Below, piece by piece: positions 16,223 to 27,800 of a DNA stretch of 64,000 nucleotides (its first letter is position 1; each line of letters begins with the position of its first letter). Made by a program: the position numbers and the translations under genes. The stretch is from positions 1 to 64,000 of IMG/VR virus record IMGVR_UViG_3300030117_007745; one strand, written 5' to 3'. The notes beneath the pieces are model-generated. The model was not told where the DNA came from and did no database searches. It worked only from the letters and a program-made list of their open reading frames with translations. The DNA is from a virus.

Positions 16223-17182
16223 TTAAAAATTAAAACTATTAATAAACTTCTGTAAGAATGCATCTTCAGAAGATATAAGTTTAGCAGAGTTTTTTCTGCT
16301 AATAAATTCTTTTTTTGACATTTCCCCTACATCGCTGTATGGATAAACATCAATATTGTATACCTCCGCACCATATTTTACTAAATTTTCTATCAAATAA
16401 GATGCTTTTTTTTGGGCGTCTGGATCCAGAGCTACATAAACTGGTGTGTCGTTTGTGATAATACTCTTGAACAGTTTTGATTGCTCCTTTAAAGACGAGC
16501 CCAAAATGGGAACTGAATTCTTTCCGGCCACTATAGCATCAAACACACCCTCTGTCAAGGTTAAATCTTCATTCCAATCAATATATAATTCATTAAATAC
16601 AATCTTGCTCTTTGAGGCGGGAGGATTCATGTATTTTCTCCAATCACCCCTGTAAGTCCTAGCGATAAAATAATTGCAGTCTCCACTTTTACTAAATGAT
16701 GGTATCACAATTCTTCCAGCATACTCTCCGCTTGGGCAGTAGCCAATTTTCCAAAACAAAATATCTTCATTATCTACTCCTCTTCCTAGCAGATAGTTTC
16801 TAGCTTTAACAGAAAGCACAGATTTGCTTTTATTTGCTAGGGATATAAATTCATTTGGAAGTTTTACTATCTCTTCTACCTCTTCAGTATCCTCGGGGAA
16901 GAGAGTCGCTATAATTTCATCAAACCTATCAATTTCTACTTGGCCAGTTAATTCTCTCCATTTCGATATCAAAGAAAAATCTGCGTATTTTTTAACAAGT
17001 CTGCCAATATTTGTACCTCGGTACTCACATATCCAGCATTTAAACATATTTTTGTCTATATTTACGCTAAGTTTCTTTTTGTGGTGGTTACATTTTGGAC
17101 AGGTGAAAAGATACTCTTGGCCTGTTCTGTTGTAACTGCCGAGGAATTCTTTAAGAATTGTTATCTTTTCTTTGTTGGACAA
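16223..17182 (-). CDS. DNA primase (DnaG/gp61-like)
   Basis: Zinc-binding CPKC...FKCWIC; RIVIP; KYMNP; TOPRIM motifs EGVFD, LDPDA, DVGE. Confidence 0.9.
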   Translation of the reverse strand: MSNKEKITILKEFLGSYNRTGQEYLFTCPKCNHHKKKLSVNIDKNMFKCWICEYRGTNIGRLVKKYADFSLISKWRELTGQVEIDRFDEIIATLFPEDTEEVEEIVKLPNEFISLANKSKSVLSVKARNYLLGRGVDNEDILFWKIGYCPSGEYAGRIVIPSFSKSGDCNYFIARTYRGDWRKYMNPPASKSKIVFNELYIDWNEDLTLTEGVFDAIVAGKNSVPILGSSLKEQSKLFKSIITNDTPVYVALDPDAQKKASYLIENLVKYGAEVYNIDVYPYSDVGEMSKKEFISRKNSAKLISSEDAFLQKFINSFNF

Positions 17183-17690
17183 GATTAAAACCTGCTTTTG
17201 CTATCACAATGCTGTCAGCAATATCATAATATTTTGGTTTGATGTTTCCTGATTTGGTGTATTCTACAGTAAACTTAGGTTCTTTGTCAAGTAAAAAATT
17301 AACAACAACCTGTTTTGCTTTTTCTCCCCTAGGAATTGAAATACCGCAAGATTTTCTAGCAGAGGAGGCCGAGATGTGTTCCGGCTTTATATCAAACTCC
17401 CTGTAGCAAAGATAAGTCACGACCCCGTTAAATGATGATAGGGCCGAAAGGGTTTTGGCCGAGGAAAATCCAGATCTAAACATTTGCAGACTTTGTTCTA
17501 TGAAAATGTGCTTTATATTGTAATTTCTCTGTATGTCCATTAATTCGCCTTGCACATGATTGTACTTTTCAAACAAATCTTTGTACTTGTTCTTATTTCT
17601 TAAATCTATAGCGAATGTTTTTTTTATGACACCATTGTCTATGATTGTCATGCCAATAATGCTTGTTGAAATGTCTAAGCCTAAGATCAT
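17151..17690 (-). CDS. RuvC-like Holliday junction resolvase
   Basis: MILGLDIS, IFIE, K..V, DIADS acidic catalytic pattern. Confidence 0.8.
   Translation of the reverse strand: MILGLDISTSIIGMTIIDNGVIKKTFAIDLRNKNKYKDLFEKYNHVQGELMDIQRNYNIKHIFIEQSLQMFRSGFSSAKTLSALSSFNGVVTYLCYREFDIKPEHISASSARKSCGISIPRGEKAKQVVVNFLLDKEPKFTVEYTKSGNIKPKYYDIADSIVIAKAGFNLVQQRKDNNS
17261..17290 (-). promoter_or_regulatory. Internal sigma70-type promoter TTGACA-18-TAGAAT upstream of primase
   Basis: Within the resolvase coding sequence, ~80 nt before the primase ATG. Confidence 0.45.
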
Positions 17691-17696
17691 GAACAG

Positions 17697-17725
17697 ATTA
17701 TATTACACTTAAAACTAAATGTCAA
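17697..17725 (-). promoter_or_regulatory. Consensus sigma70 promoter TTGACA-17-TATAAT, 6 nt before the resolvase ATG (probably leaderless)
   Basis: Minus strand TTGACA TTTAGTTTTAAGTGTAA TATAAT CTGTTC ATG. Confidence 0.8.
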
Positions 17726-18971
17726 GTTTTAATTTAAAAGTCATATCTCTGCTCAGTTTTTTGTTTATAGGAGTAGATACTTTAGCGACACCAATACAAT
17801 TCATATCTTCATCATAAATTTTTACTTTAGATACAAACGTTTGCTTTTGGAAGCTTTCTGTTAAGTCTGTAAAAGCTCCACTAATGGTGTTTTTGATAAT
17901 TAGCTTTTCTGGCTCTTTGTAATAAGTTGAACCAGAAAATGGATCTAAACTTTGTGAAAACTGTATGTATGTAGGATTGTTCGAATGGTTCAACTCTCCC
18001 GCAACTGCATGAGCAAACATGGTCATAACACTTGTTTCTGTTGAGCCAGAGAACCTCAAAGCGAAGCTGCTGCTAGGGATATTTCTTCCCAAACTTGCTG
18101 TTTCTGCCCCAGTGCCATAATAAACCCATTTTGGAGATTCAGTACCCCCAAGATAAGGCTCAGTATGGTCTGGGTCTAGGTCCCAACTTCCAGTAAGCAA
18201 TATAAATCCTTCGTTATAGAGGACAACGCCTGCGACTGCGCCAGAGCCATGGAGGGCTGGCCTGAGTTCATTTGCGGCCCCAGATACTTGAATAAGCTCA
18301 CCATTCTTATTAACGTCCTTTAGTCTGCCTGCCAAAGTACCACTAACAAAAAAGTCTAACTCTACAGTGCCTTTTTCTATTGAACTACCGTAAAATATTG
18401 ATGGAATGCTTATTAGGTTTGAGACCTGAATTTCTTTTGCCCAGATCAAGGGAGGGACCGAGCCTCTGACTGAATAGTGGGGGCTTAGATAACTATAATG
18501 ATTGAGGGTATTTTTGAGGGCCACAATTCTATTCCGTTGGCCTGTTTTATTGGTAGTCAGAGAATTTGTAAAGTATTGAGATCCATGATTCAAAGGAAAA
18601 TATTCTCTAGAAATTGTGGCAGATTTAGGATAGAATCCTAAAAAGCTCGTTCCATACAGGGCAGAGTTAAAGGCTCCCGTTGTCACAGTTTTCAAGCTAG
18701 TAAGATAGCCATCCTTAGTGACTTCTGGCCTTATACGCCTCATTCCGAGCGGGGCGGAAAGGTCATCTGGGTTGTCCCTATCAACATTATATTCATACAA
18801 GCTTATGTGCCCGGGCGGAACATTGGGCACTGAGCCTGTAAAAGCTCCAGACAATTCAGGTCTATTTTGAAAATATACTACATCTTGATAAATGTAAAAT
18901 CTGGCACTAGGATTGCTTTTGACTACATTTCTCACAATGTCATCAGGTCCAAAGGCAAAGATTGTGCTCAT
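17715..18971 (-). CDS. Virion structural protein (baseplate/tail-associated), paralog of 18992-20137
   Basis: Shares G.V.Y..G, (E)LNHSNNPTY and IGVAKVSTPI.K...KLKLDI motifs with its neighbour. Confidence 0.6.
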   Translation of the reverse strand: MSTIFAFGPDDIVRNVVKSNPSARFYIYQDVVYFQNRPELSGAFTGSVPNVPPGHISLYEYNVDRDNPDDLSAPLGMRRIRPEVTKDGYLTSLKTVTTGAFNSALYGTSFLGFYPKSATISREYFPLNHGSQYFTNSLTTNKTGQRNRIVALKNTLNHYSYLSPHYSVRGSVPPLIWAKEIQVSNLISIPSIFYGSSIEKGTVELDFFVSGTLAGRLKDVNKNGELIQVSGAANELRPALHGSGAVAGVVLYNEGFILLTGSWDLDPDHTEPYLGGTESPKWVYYGTGAETASLGRNIPSSSFALRFSGSTETSVMTMFAHAVAGELNHSNNPTYIQFSQSLDPFSGSTYYKEPEKLIIKNTISGAFTDLTESFQKQTFVSKVKIYDEDMNCIGVAKVSTPINKKLSRDMTFKLKLDI

Positions 18972-18991
18972 GCTACACCTCTCTCAGCTCT

Positions 18992-20137
18992 TTAGTAATC
19001 CAATCTGACCCTAAGAACTAACTCAGTGTCTGGTGTTTTCTGCAACGGTTCAGAGGTTTTTGCAACTGCTAACAACTCATTGTTTGCAGAATACAACCCA
19101 ATTGTTGTGATAAAAGATACTGGCTGGTCTAAGCTTTCTTCTTTTACTCTAATCTTACTATTAAGCAAATAAGATGGATTAGAACTGTAATTAAATTCAT
19201 TGTGAGAAGCCCTACAGAAATATACTGTTGAATTTAGCTCAGTTGTATTATTAAAACTTAGATTATAGAGCCTGTTTCTAATAGCGTCTGCCGACCCCGA
19301 AATTGATGATCCAGATATAAACTGGAATCCTGTGGCTCCGGCTAATCTATTTTGGGGATTGCCCAAGTTGGCAGTCCCTTGTGCATTGGCTAATACGCCC
19401 CCATGGGCTGCATCATTAAAAATCGAACCAGAGACAACTGCAATTCCTGCTTGGTAAAATACTAGACCAACAGGGACTTGATCGTTTGTCAAATATGTGG
19501 TTCCATCGCCGGTGCTAGATGTAGCGTATAGAATTCCATAATCTCCCGCTGGAGAATTTACTAAGTAAGATGTTGAGCCACTTAAATCAGAAGCTTTCAC
19601 TCTCCTACCGAAGTTTTGGCCATCAAAACTAGCTGATGCTGGAGGAGTGCCAACTGAGCCAGTGATCCCAAATTCTAAAGTAAAAGTTCCTTTTTTGATT
19701 TCATCTTTTTGAAGAAGTCTTGCAAAGTTAATAAAGAAAACCTCATTAAGTTTTTTGCCGCCGGAACTAAGGTTACCATCTTCGTCAAATTGCCTAATAG
19801 AACCTGTTGCGTCGTGACCCATCAGAACTTGGGCCATTTGATTGTACATGTTGATCTTATCTTTGTTTTGAGTATTGGCAGATGATGACATGCCAGAAAC
19901 ATTAGAGTAACCAACTGTTATATCAAAAATATGATTTGCTGAAGAACTTAAGAAAGGGTAGTCATAAACGGACTGGAAAAGTCCGTGAGAAAAGTTCTTA
20001 ATATTTTTTTCACTAGTTGAATTCCCTTCATTGTAAGTACCAGAGACAATAGAACCTGTGACTGGTATGTTCTCGTGAAGCAGTGTTCTGGTAGAGGTTA
20101 TATCATTATTTAAAAATGATTTAAAAGTAGTAGCCAT
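18992..20137 (-). CDS. Virion structural protein (baseplate/tail-associated)
   Basis: EFNYSSNPSY and IGLYSANNELLAVAKTSEPL.K...RVRLDY C-terminus; Ser/Thr/Gly rich. Confidence 0.6.
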   Translation of the reverse strand: MATTFKSFLNNDITSTRTLLHENIPVTGSIVSGTYNEGNSTSEKNIKNFSHGLFQSVYDYPFLSSSANHIFDITVGYSNVSGMSSSANTQNKDKINMYNQMAQVLMGHDATGSIRQFDEDGNLSSGGKKLNEVFFINFARLLQKDEIKKGTFTLEFGITGSVGTPPASASFDGQNFGRRVKASDLSGSTSYLVNSPAGDYGILYATSSTGDGTTYLTNDQVPVGLVFYQAGIAVVSGSIFNDAAHGGVLANAQGTANLGNPQNRLAGATGFQFISGSSISGSADAIRNRLYNLSFNNTTELNSTVYFCRASHNEFNYSSNPSYLLNSKIRVKEESLDQPVSFITTIGLYSANNELLAVAKTSEPLQKTPDTELVLRVRLDY

Positions 20138-20153
20138 GGTTTAACAATCCTTT

Positions 20154-21068
20154 TTAGTCTTTCTTTACGTATCTAATTGGCACGTTTATTGAATATCCTG
20201 TAGTTGCTCCAGTAACCTTAACTATTGAGTCAATATAGGAATATGTGCCCGAAGCATTTAGCCAAGTATTTCCTGTAGTGCCTAATTTAGTAAATAAGAA
20301 ACTACTTGTTTGCAGTTCAAGCGAGGGTTTAATTTTAAATCTAAAAGCCGACCCTCTTGGGCCATCGATTGGGGTGCCAACTGTTTGCGCTGATAGCGCT
20401 GCGAAAAAGCCCTGTGTATCTGCCACATTGGCAATATTGTATGTGGCTATATTGTCATCATCCAAAAACGAAAACGGCTGGATAATATTGGATACATTAG
20501 CCAATGTTCCCAACCTATTGTCCATTTCAATTATGTAATGAGTCTCAGTTAGAGTAGGGTCTAGGGGCTGGTTAGGAGGTAGTTCATCTGTATCTAAACC
20601 TTGATCGAGTTGAATGAAGTTATTGATATTTTTAATAGCAAAGAAAACACCCTTTCTATCGTCGGATGATAGAGTTTCAAATGCATCATCTGTTGTTTCA
20701 TCAACTAAAACTGCAAATGAATTTGATGATTGCGTAGAGATGGCATTTAACGGCTCTCCGTCTGTCTCATTAATAAGAACAACCGGTAAGAAAAGCAAAT
20801 TGTTCTTAGAAATAGAAATTAGTTTGCTCTTCATCGTAGAAGTGTTGTTAGTAAATGCCTCCAAAACTGGTGTTGATAAAATATCAATTGCATAATATGC
20901 ATTACCATTTAGATTAAGCTTGTTGTATTTTGCATAATCTATTTCATCATCAGCGAAGGCAAATTTTGTAATTTTAAAAGATCCATCACCTGCTGCTAGA
21001 CGTGCTCTTCCTGCATCAGTCAAAACAGCGTCTAAGATTATATCTCCACTATTGTCTAAAAAAGCCAT
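20154..21068 (-). CDS. Virion structural protein
   Basis: N-terminal LDAVLTDAGRARLAAG...KFAFADDEIDY motif resembling tail-collar/fibre-attachment N-termini; preceded by late motif and SD. Confidence 0.6.
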   Translation of the reverse strand: MAFLDNSGDIILDAVLTDAGRARLAAGDGSFKITKFAFADDEIDYAKYNKLNLNGNAYYAIDILSTPVLEAFTNNTSTMKSKLISISKNNLLFLPVVLINETDGEPLNAISTQSSNSFAVLVDETTDDAFETLSSDDRKGVFFAIKNINNFIQLDQGLDTDELPPNQPLDPTLTETHYIIEMDNRLGTLANVSNIIQPFSFLDDDNIATYNIANVADTQGFFAALSAQTVGTPIDGPRGSAFRFKIKPSLELQTSSFLFTKLGTTGNTWLNASGTYSYIDSIVKVTGATTGYSINVPIRYVKKD

Positions 21069-21103
21069 AATTAATTTCTCCTAAGTAACCTTATATTACT
21101 ATC

Positions 21104-21112
21104 ATAATTAGT
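21104..21112 (-). promoter_or_regulatory. Putative late promoter ACTAATTAT
   Basis: Intergenic variant of the recurring motif, 35 nt before ATG 21068. Confidence 0.5.
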
Positions 21113-21140
21113 GTTTTTAAATAAATAATCCTTTTTTTGT

Positions 21141-24100
21141 TTACGGGCAACTCTTTAATGCCTCATCCGGCTCAGTATGATTAGTTTTGAACTTAATATT
21201 TAAGTCTATCATTTTTCCAGTGTGCTTTGAAGTTATTCTAAATTTGAATTTTTTCTGATTCCATAAAGTCTGCGGCATAATGCCCAAAATAGGCAGCGGA
21301 ACGTTTGAGGTTTCACCTGTTATTCCAGATTTTTCTTTGTTAATCATTTTTTGCAACAAGGACGCTTCAATTTTTAAATATTGCTTAAAAGGCTTGATCT
21401 TCGATCCAATTTTTTTAGTACCAAACTCATAAACATTAACTATAGGATAGTATACTCCAGAATTTAAAACCATTTCAACTTCAAAAACTTTTGTAGGATT
21501 AGATATGTTGTCATGTATATCTATGGCCCTGAATACATAATAAAATTTCTTATTTGGCTCCAAATCTTCTATAAATGCTGTTTTTTCTTCCACATCAATA
21601 GTGCTATACAAGCTGCCGACGAAATCTGAATAGGATGATGGGGCAGAATCGAGTCTAAACACTTGATATGCCTTTGGAAAGTCATCTGACTTGAACCTTA
21701 GAGTTGGAATCATATAAGAGCCATCATCTTTTTTTATATTTCTCCCCTGTGCTGTTCTTTGGAGTGCAAATATACTTTTGTCTGAATTTGTCAAGGTGAT
21801 AGGAATCTCTTCTCTATCGCCAGTTTGATTCTCCAAAGTAATCAAAAGTTTTGAGCCTTTTCCAACCAAAGGATCAAAGTTTACGTTGGGGGGTATTGGT
21901 GGGAGGTCCAATATAACTACATCTTGTTCATAATATGGAACCTCATCAATAATAACTTTGGGATATATCGTAGCTCTAAAAATAGCCATCTTGCTTTGCT
22001 CAATTGGCCTTTTGGGGATGCCGGGGAGGTTAACGAAAGTTCCGATGGGCGACGTGGTCACATTTTCCGAAAAGTCTTGAGCTTGAGAAATGTCTTTTTG
22101 TTTGCTGTAAAGTGTGAACTTTGTTTCGTTAAGGCCGCCGCTATTTCCATTATCGCCAAGATCGTTCATTAGTTCTTCTTTAGTTGAATTTTTAGCTTTC
22201 ATTCCAAGTGAATTATATGCTATCTTTCCATTGTCTAGTCTTAGTGAGCTAAAAACAGTGTCCATATCATATTTTTCGGTATACCCCATGGCGAACGCTA
22301 ACTTGTCTGTTGCGCTAGTATTAGCAAACCTATATCTATATTCTCCTCCAACAATAATTCTTACCTGAGTTATCTTGTAGCGGTAGAGGTGCCCATATTT
22401 AACTTGAGTATCTACGTAATTCAATCTATGAATTTCGGGAGAAGGGGCAACTGCTTCCTCATCAGCGGCAAAAATCTTTGACTTAGCATCGGGATGTGGT
22501 ATGTATATTGTCTGTATTAAATCATCATTTATATCATACTTCTCTATTCTATACATTATAGGCTCAGAGTAATTGGGCCTTTTTGAAAAAATGTCGCTCA
22601 GGAGAGGCGTTTTATCTTTTACAATAGCGATCATTTGTTTAATTATGGAAGGAATATCAACACCTTTAGTTAGATGGGTTTCAAATAGAGAGAAAAAATT
22701 ATTGGTGGCGTGGCTAAAATCAATCGTATATTTTTTGAATTTAAATTCTGATGCGATAGGATATCCCGGAACCTCTTCTTCTTCATATGTTCCGTTACCA
22801 ACAGCAAACCATTCAAGATAAAATCTAAGCCACCTATCAACATCATATTTGATTTTTTTAGTCACATCTGAAACATTTAATGTGTCTCCTAGGAACTGCG
22901 GTGTATATATGGATTGTTGATGAATAGAAGCCAATCTTTGTTCATCAGTGGGGCTGGAGTATCCAAAATAATCAAACATAGCACTTAAGCTGTTCATATA
23001 TATTGTCAAAGCCTTTGACACTGTTGTCTCATCTACGGCATCGGAATTTTGTGCAAGTAATTGTTTTATTTCATAATCTGATCTTGGTCCGTGAATTAAA
23101 GTTAGCATTGAGTACAAAAAGTCTTTTAATAATCCCGAGGAGTACCAAATGTTTTTAATCTCTCTATTAGCATTTATTAAAACATCGAACCCTACATCTA
23201 TGTGCATGGGAGCGCCGGTAATTCCAGTCTTTTTGTTTTTCATTCCCTCTTCAAGGGTTCTTGCATCAATAATAATATTTTTAAAACGTTGTCCATAGCC
23301 TTCAAGCATAACATCATAGGGTCGGCATAATAAGAATATTTGTGTTGCTCTCAGTCTATACAGATCTTCGAGGGAATCACCACTCTTGCCAGTGACTGGC
23401 ACATAATAATTGGGAACCACAACCTCTGGTATAAATTTTGCTAGATTCTCAAAATCAGTATCTAGATAATTATAATGTGGTGTTATATCTGCCGTTAAAA
23501 GATATTTATCAGAGGCTAAAGTGCCATCGGCTATAAAGGAATTTATAGGAATTCCTGTTGCAACATCAAAATACTGAGCTTGGGTAACTGCAAGCGGGTT
23601 GCCCATTTTATTGAATCCATTGCCTGTTGTTTCGATCATTCTTCTAACTCCTAGAGGATACTCTACATTAAAAGAAATATCAGTATTGACAGTTGTTTTT
23701 CTTGTTACTGGGTCATCTAAATTAGATAACATTCGATACGCTATATCTGTTATTTCAGCTGTTTTTTCTGCGGAAGTTTCTCCTAGAAGGCCATTTTGGT
23801 AGAAAGTGTCGAGATCAACATTCCCCGCAGGTTTAATAAAACTGTCTGCAATCCTATCAAAATCATAAGGACTATAGCTATCATTAAAAGTTAAAGTATT
23901 TTGTGTTGGAGTTGTTGCTTTTGTAAAGTACAAATCATCTGTTTTGTATATGAACCCGTCTAATTTTTGTGGCATGCTAGCAAACAATGATAACAGATTT
24001 AATATAAGCCTATTTTTTGCATCTTCATAATTAAATATGCCGGGGAGGCCCTTGAAACTGGGGGCCCTGAGATAAATTTGAACGAGTTGTTCTTTTCTAA

Positions 24101-24827
24101 AGGTAAATATCTTCAGCGGACCACTGCTTGTGATATCACCCGGTGATATCACGTTCTGATCAATGCCCCCTGTTTCAAAAATCTTATAAAATTGGGGGCC
24201 CGGGAACCCTATGTAGTTATCATACTTGGGTACTATATCATCAGATTCTTTTGGACCTGCGATGCCGCCGAAGGGACTTTCTCCCGGTGTGCTAAATCTA
24301 ATTTGATTTATATTGCCATAGCTGTAGTTTTTTGGCAAATCATATGGAACTCCAGCCTCATAGGTATTAATGTATGGCTGCACTCCATCTACAATAATAT
24401 TTTCTATAGTATACCCCGAGGCTGGTGCTGCATAATTCCTGAGCATTTGGTAGTTTGCTTTTTCTCGAAAAAATGGAACGGAACCAATTGATTGCCTAAG
24501 TGTATCGTAATTAAATGTCAGCCCAGATCCGTTGAAGGCAGACGGTGCGCCAAAAGTAAAGGGTGGAGTAAAAGTATAGGGCTTGCTTGTGAGCGGTGCA
24601 TTTGGAGTGGCCCTAACTACACCATGTTGTGTAACAATTTGATATCTTTTGCCATAAAAACTCTGATAGTATTCATTATCATAAGCAAAAATATAATTCG
24701 CAAGAAATGAGTATGTATTTATTCCGGGAACTTTGGGTATTTTTCCCTTTAAAACACCATATTTTGGATATTCTGTCACATTAGACCCAAAAGCATTTCC
24801 TGATTTTTGATAATCTGATAAATTCAT
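21141..24827 (-). CDS. Large virion protein (1228 aa) with C-terminal FN3-like segment
   Basis: YQVFR...DLEPNKKFYYVFRAID..NISNP is FN3-like; located in the structural module. Confidence 0.55.
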   Translation of the reverse strand: MNLSDYQKSGNAFGSNVTEYPKYGVLKGKIPKVPGINTYSFLANYIFAYDNEYYQSFYGKRYQIVTQHGVVRATPNAPLTSKPYTFTPPFTFGAPSAFNGSGLTFNYDTLRQSIGSVPFFREKANYQMLRNYAAPASGYTIENIIVDGVQPYINTYEAGVPYDLPKNYSYGNINQIRFSTPGESPFGGIAGPKESDDIVPKYDNYIGFPGPQFYKIFETGGIDQNVISPGDITSSGPLKIFTFRKEQLVQIYLRAPSFKGLPGIFNYEDAKNRLILNLLSLFASMPQKLDGFIYKTDDLYFTKATTPTQNTLTFNDSYSPYDFDRIADSFIKPAGNVDLDTFYQNGLLGETSAEKTAEITDIAYRMLSNLDDPVTRKTTVNTDISFNVEYPLGVRRMIETTGNGFNKMGNPLAVTQAQYFDVATGIPINSFIADGTLASDKYLLTADITPHYNYLDTDFENLAKFIPEVVVPNYYVPVTGKSGDSLEDLYRLRATQIFLLCRPYDVMLEGYGQRFKNIIIDARTLEEGMKNKKTGITGAPMHIDVGFDVLINANREIKNIWYSSGLLKDFLYSMLTLIHGPRSDYEIKQLLAQNSDAVDETTVSKALTIYMNSLSAMFDYFGYSSPTDEQRLASIHQQSIYTPQFLGDTLNVSDVTKKIKYDVDRWLRFYLEWFAVGNGTYEEEEVPGYPIASEFKFKKYTIDFSHATNNFFSLFETHLTKGVDIPSIIKQMIAIVKDKTPLLSDIFSKRPNYSEPIMYRIEKYDINDDLIQTIYIPHPDAKSKIFAADEEAVAPSPEIHRLNYVDTQVKYGHLYRYKITQVRIIVGGEYRYRFANTSATDKLAFAMGYTEKYDMDTVFSSLRLDNGKIAYNSLGMKAKNSTKEELMNDLGDNGNSGGLNETKFTLYSKQKDISQAQDFSENVTTSPIGTFVNLPGIPKRPIEQSKMAIFRATIYPKVIIDEVPYYEQDVVILDLPPIPPNVNFDPLVGKGSKLLITLENQTGDREEIPITLTNSDKSIFALQRTAQGRNIKKDDGSYMIPTLRFKSDDFPKAYQVFRLDSAPSSYSDFVGSLYSTIDVEEKTAFIEDLEPNKKFYYVFRAIDIHDNISNPTKVFEVEMVLNSGVYYPIVNVYEFGTKKIGSKIKPFKQYLKIEASLLQKMINKEKSGITGETSNVPLPILGIMPQTLWNQKKFKFRITSKHTGKMIDLNIKFKTNHTEPDEALKSCP

Positions 24828-24838
24828 TTCTTCCTAAC

Positions 24839-27800
24839 CTAATAAGTGGATGTTGATCCGCCGGATCCTGCTCCGCCTCCGGTGGGAGTGCCACCACCAC
24901 CAGATGGACTTGTTCCGGTGCGTTGCCCTGTTGTTTGAGTTTCTTCGTTTGGCCTTATTCCATAGACGGATAAATCTTCCAAGGTGTTAGTTGGCAAAAA
25001 TGATGACAAACCCTTTCCTTGTAGATCCTGCGCTAAAACAAAATTGCTCTTGTTTTCATTTTGCCTTTGTCTATCGATAAGTTTTTTAACAAAAGAAGAA
25101 TCTCTAAAGCCCAACTTTGTTAAATTAATATCTTTTATAACTATATTTGAGTTTAAAAATTCAGACCTTACTACTGAACCTTGTTTAGAAATATTTGGCT
25201 CTGTTATCATGCCCCTCTGCTCAAATAATCTTGTTGCTATATCATTTATGTCATTGCGAGAGATAAAATTTGGCCTTGAGAAATCTGATTGATTTGATAA
25301 AACAAATTCTCCAATAACCGTTGTATTGCCTCGCTCTGTTGAATTCAAGGAAATGAAGAAATGTTCATTATAAGTTGGGAGCTGCAAGCTATTATCCATT
25401 TCTAATCCGTAATTGGGATTTAAATATTCAACGTGACGGCAGAGCAAAAGAGACCCTTTTTGTATGTTTTTTAAATCACTCGCAGTTAATCGGCTATATA
25501 TTGGGCTTTTAATTGCAATCGAGTCTGTTGTTTGATCGTAGCCCCTAAAAACCTCAATCATTCTAATATTTCTATAATTATAGTACATAAATCCTAAATT
25601 TCTTGGATCTGTAAATAAGTCTCTAGTGCTTGACTCAACTTGAAAAATACTATTTTGTATAACTGAATCTGAGTTCAATAAAGATAGCAACAGAGCTTTA
25701 ATTTGATTTGGAGCCAAATTTAGTCTGGGTGTAGTTGCAAGTTGTATAGTGGGGGACCTATTTGCATCTTGTTCTAATTCTCTCTTAAATGTCCGGCCTC
25801 CTTCTGGTTCATTTATTTGATAAAATATTGCAGAATTTGAATTTGAACTAATTGTCCCATTCGAATACATGTTCAAAAAAGTCATAAAGCCCTTTGCACT
25901 GTCTAGTGCACCGTTTTTGTCGTCCAGCATAGCTTGTTGATTGTATAAGTTCTCTCTATTATCTATCGCATCGATTTGTGCTGAATTTGGGAATGGAGTT
26001 GTTTTTGCTCGTTCAAAATATCTTTTTCTGCCTTGATTGATGCGGATGCTCTGATTTAGTGATATGCCATCTAAAATCTTTTGCGTTGCCCTATCAGAAT
26101 CAGGAGATGTCTTAGATCCACGTAGCAAACCCTTGTTTTGATTTATCAAATAAACCTCATTTAAAATATCATTTAATTCATTTTTGCTAGAGTTTTTAAT
26201 TGGGTTTAATGTATTTGAATAAGAAATTGTCTGATCTTCTCGTTTTAGATTTATATTTGAAACTGTGAAAAAAGAATACATACTGTTTTCTATTGCATCT
26301 CCACCATTATAGACGATCCTGTCTTTATCTGTTATCAGTATATTGGATATTTGACTAGCAAAATATTTAGAAACCTCTAGTAACGACCTGTCAATGATAT
26401 CCTGCTTTGTAAAAAGCGCGAGGCCATCAGTGTTTTTTTCCATTTGATTTTTTGTAGCAAAAAGATAATCATAACCAATCCCGGGATTTGTGCGAGCATT
26501 ATATAAGTTATTAAAAGCAAAACGAAACTTTGTGGTTTTATTTTCCCTCGTAGAGCGTATAGAGCGGCTATCTGCTAATGTAGAATCTGAAACGTCTCCC
26601 CTATACTTAACATATCTTGAATTTGTTTGGAATACTTTTAAAAGTGATTCCTCTAGTCTATACATTAAACTTAAAACTATCTGTATTCCTTCTGGACTGC
26701 CACAATTTGGGCTAGCTATATTTGTCAAATAATTCATTGTTGCAACTTGACTCAATCTTAATTCACTAGGTATCGTGAAGTACCGAAAAAACATTCTAGT
26801 CATAAAAGAAACTGTTCTAAATAAAAAATTCTCTGTATCATAAGAAGAATTTGAATTAGTATTATATTTTGTATTATAAAAATCTAAAAATGACAAACTA
26901 AATTGTTGTGTTTTGGGTTCGAAATATGATTCTTTAGATAAACTATCCCTGTAATACTGCTCGAATCCAGATGATGCTGTGCTTCCCCCTATCAACCCCT
27001 TCAGTGTTAGCAAGTCATTTTTCAACATCTTCATTACGGGATCTAGCACTTCAACCTCAACTCCATATTGAAAAAGGCCGTCTCTCTTTTCAGAAATGTC
27101 AAAGTCTGTTCCGGTGAAGTGCCTTACTGCTGGAGATGGAGTTGATGACGCTACACTTACCTCTTCAATTAAGCCGAATGTTCTTGGTCTCAAGTTTCTA
27201 TTGCCGGGATCTCTCTTAGAGTTTGAATTAATTGATGCTCTTAGTATTCCGGGAAAGTCAGAGGAATCTGAGCTACTCGCTATTTTAATGGACGGCTTGC
27301 TATTATCTACAGAAACCACCATTTCTCCGTTTTCCAAAGCACGGCTAGCCCTAACTTGTTGTCTTCCAACCGTTAAATTAATTATTTTTGCGTTGATTAG
27401 AAGGTTTTGATGTGTGGTGGGATCAAATTTCTTTAAATTATCTAAAATTTTAGGAAAATCAGTGTTGCTTTTCACTATCTCTTCCATATTCAAAGAAAAA
27501 AAGAATCTAGCATTGTTTTTGCTGTCTCTTGTGATATTAAAGTCAGAAATATAATTTGTCCTTCTCCTTATTAAATCTAGGTTTGAGTCTTTTCTTAACC
27601 TAGAAATTAATTTTTCATCTTTTGTAACAAATTCTCCATCACCTACAAGGTCAAATTGTGCGCTGCCTATTTTATCAATAACTCTATGATCTTTTATTTT
27701 TATATTTGGCACAGTTAATAATCTAAGTTTAGAGATGCTGGAATCGAGACTATGGCTTGAGTATTTCATCCAATCGCCATTAGGCATCTGATGAACTGGC

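Noticed and set aside
1598-17182. Inteins, introns or homing endonucleases in portal, terminase, Mre11-Rad50 or primase
   Set aside because: Conserved motifs are contiguous at normal spacing; no intein splice motifs or LAGLIDADG/HNH/GIY-YIG signatures seen
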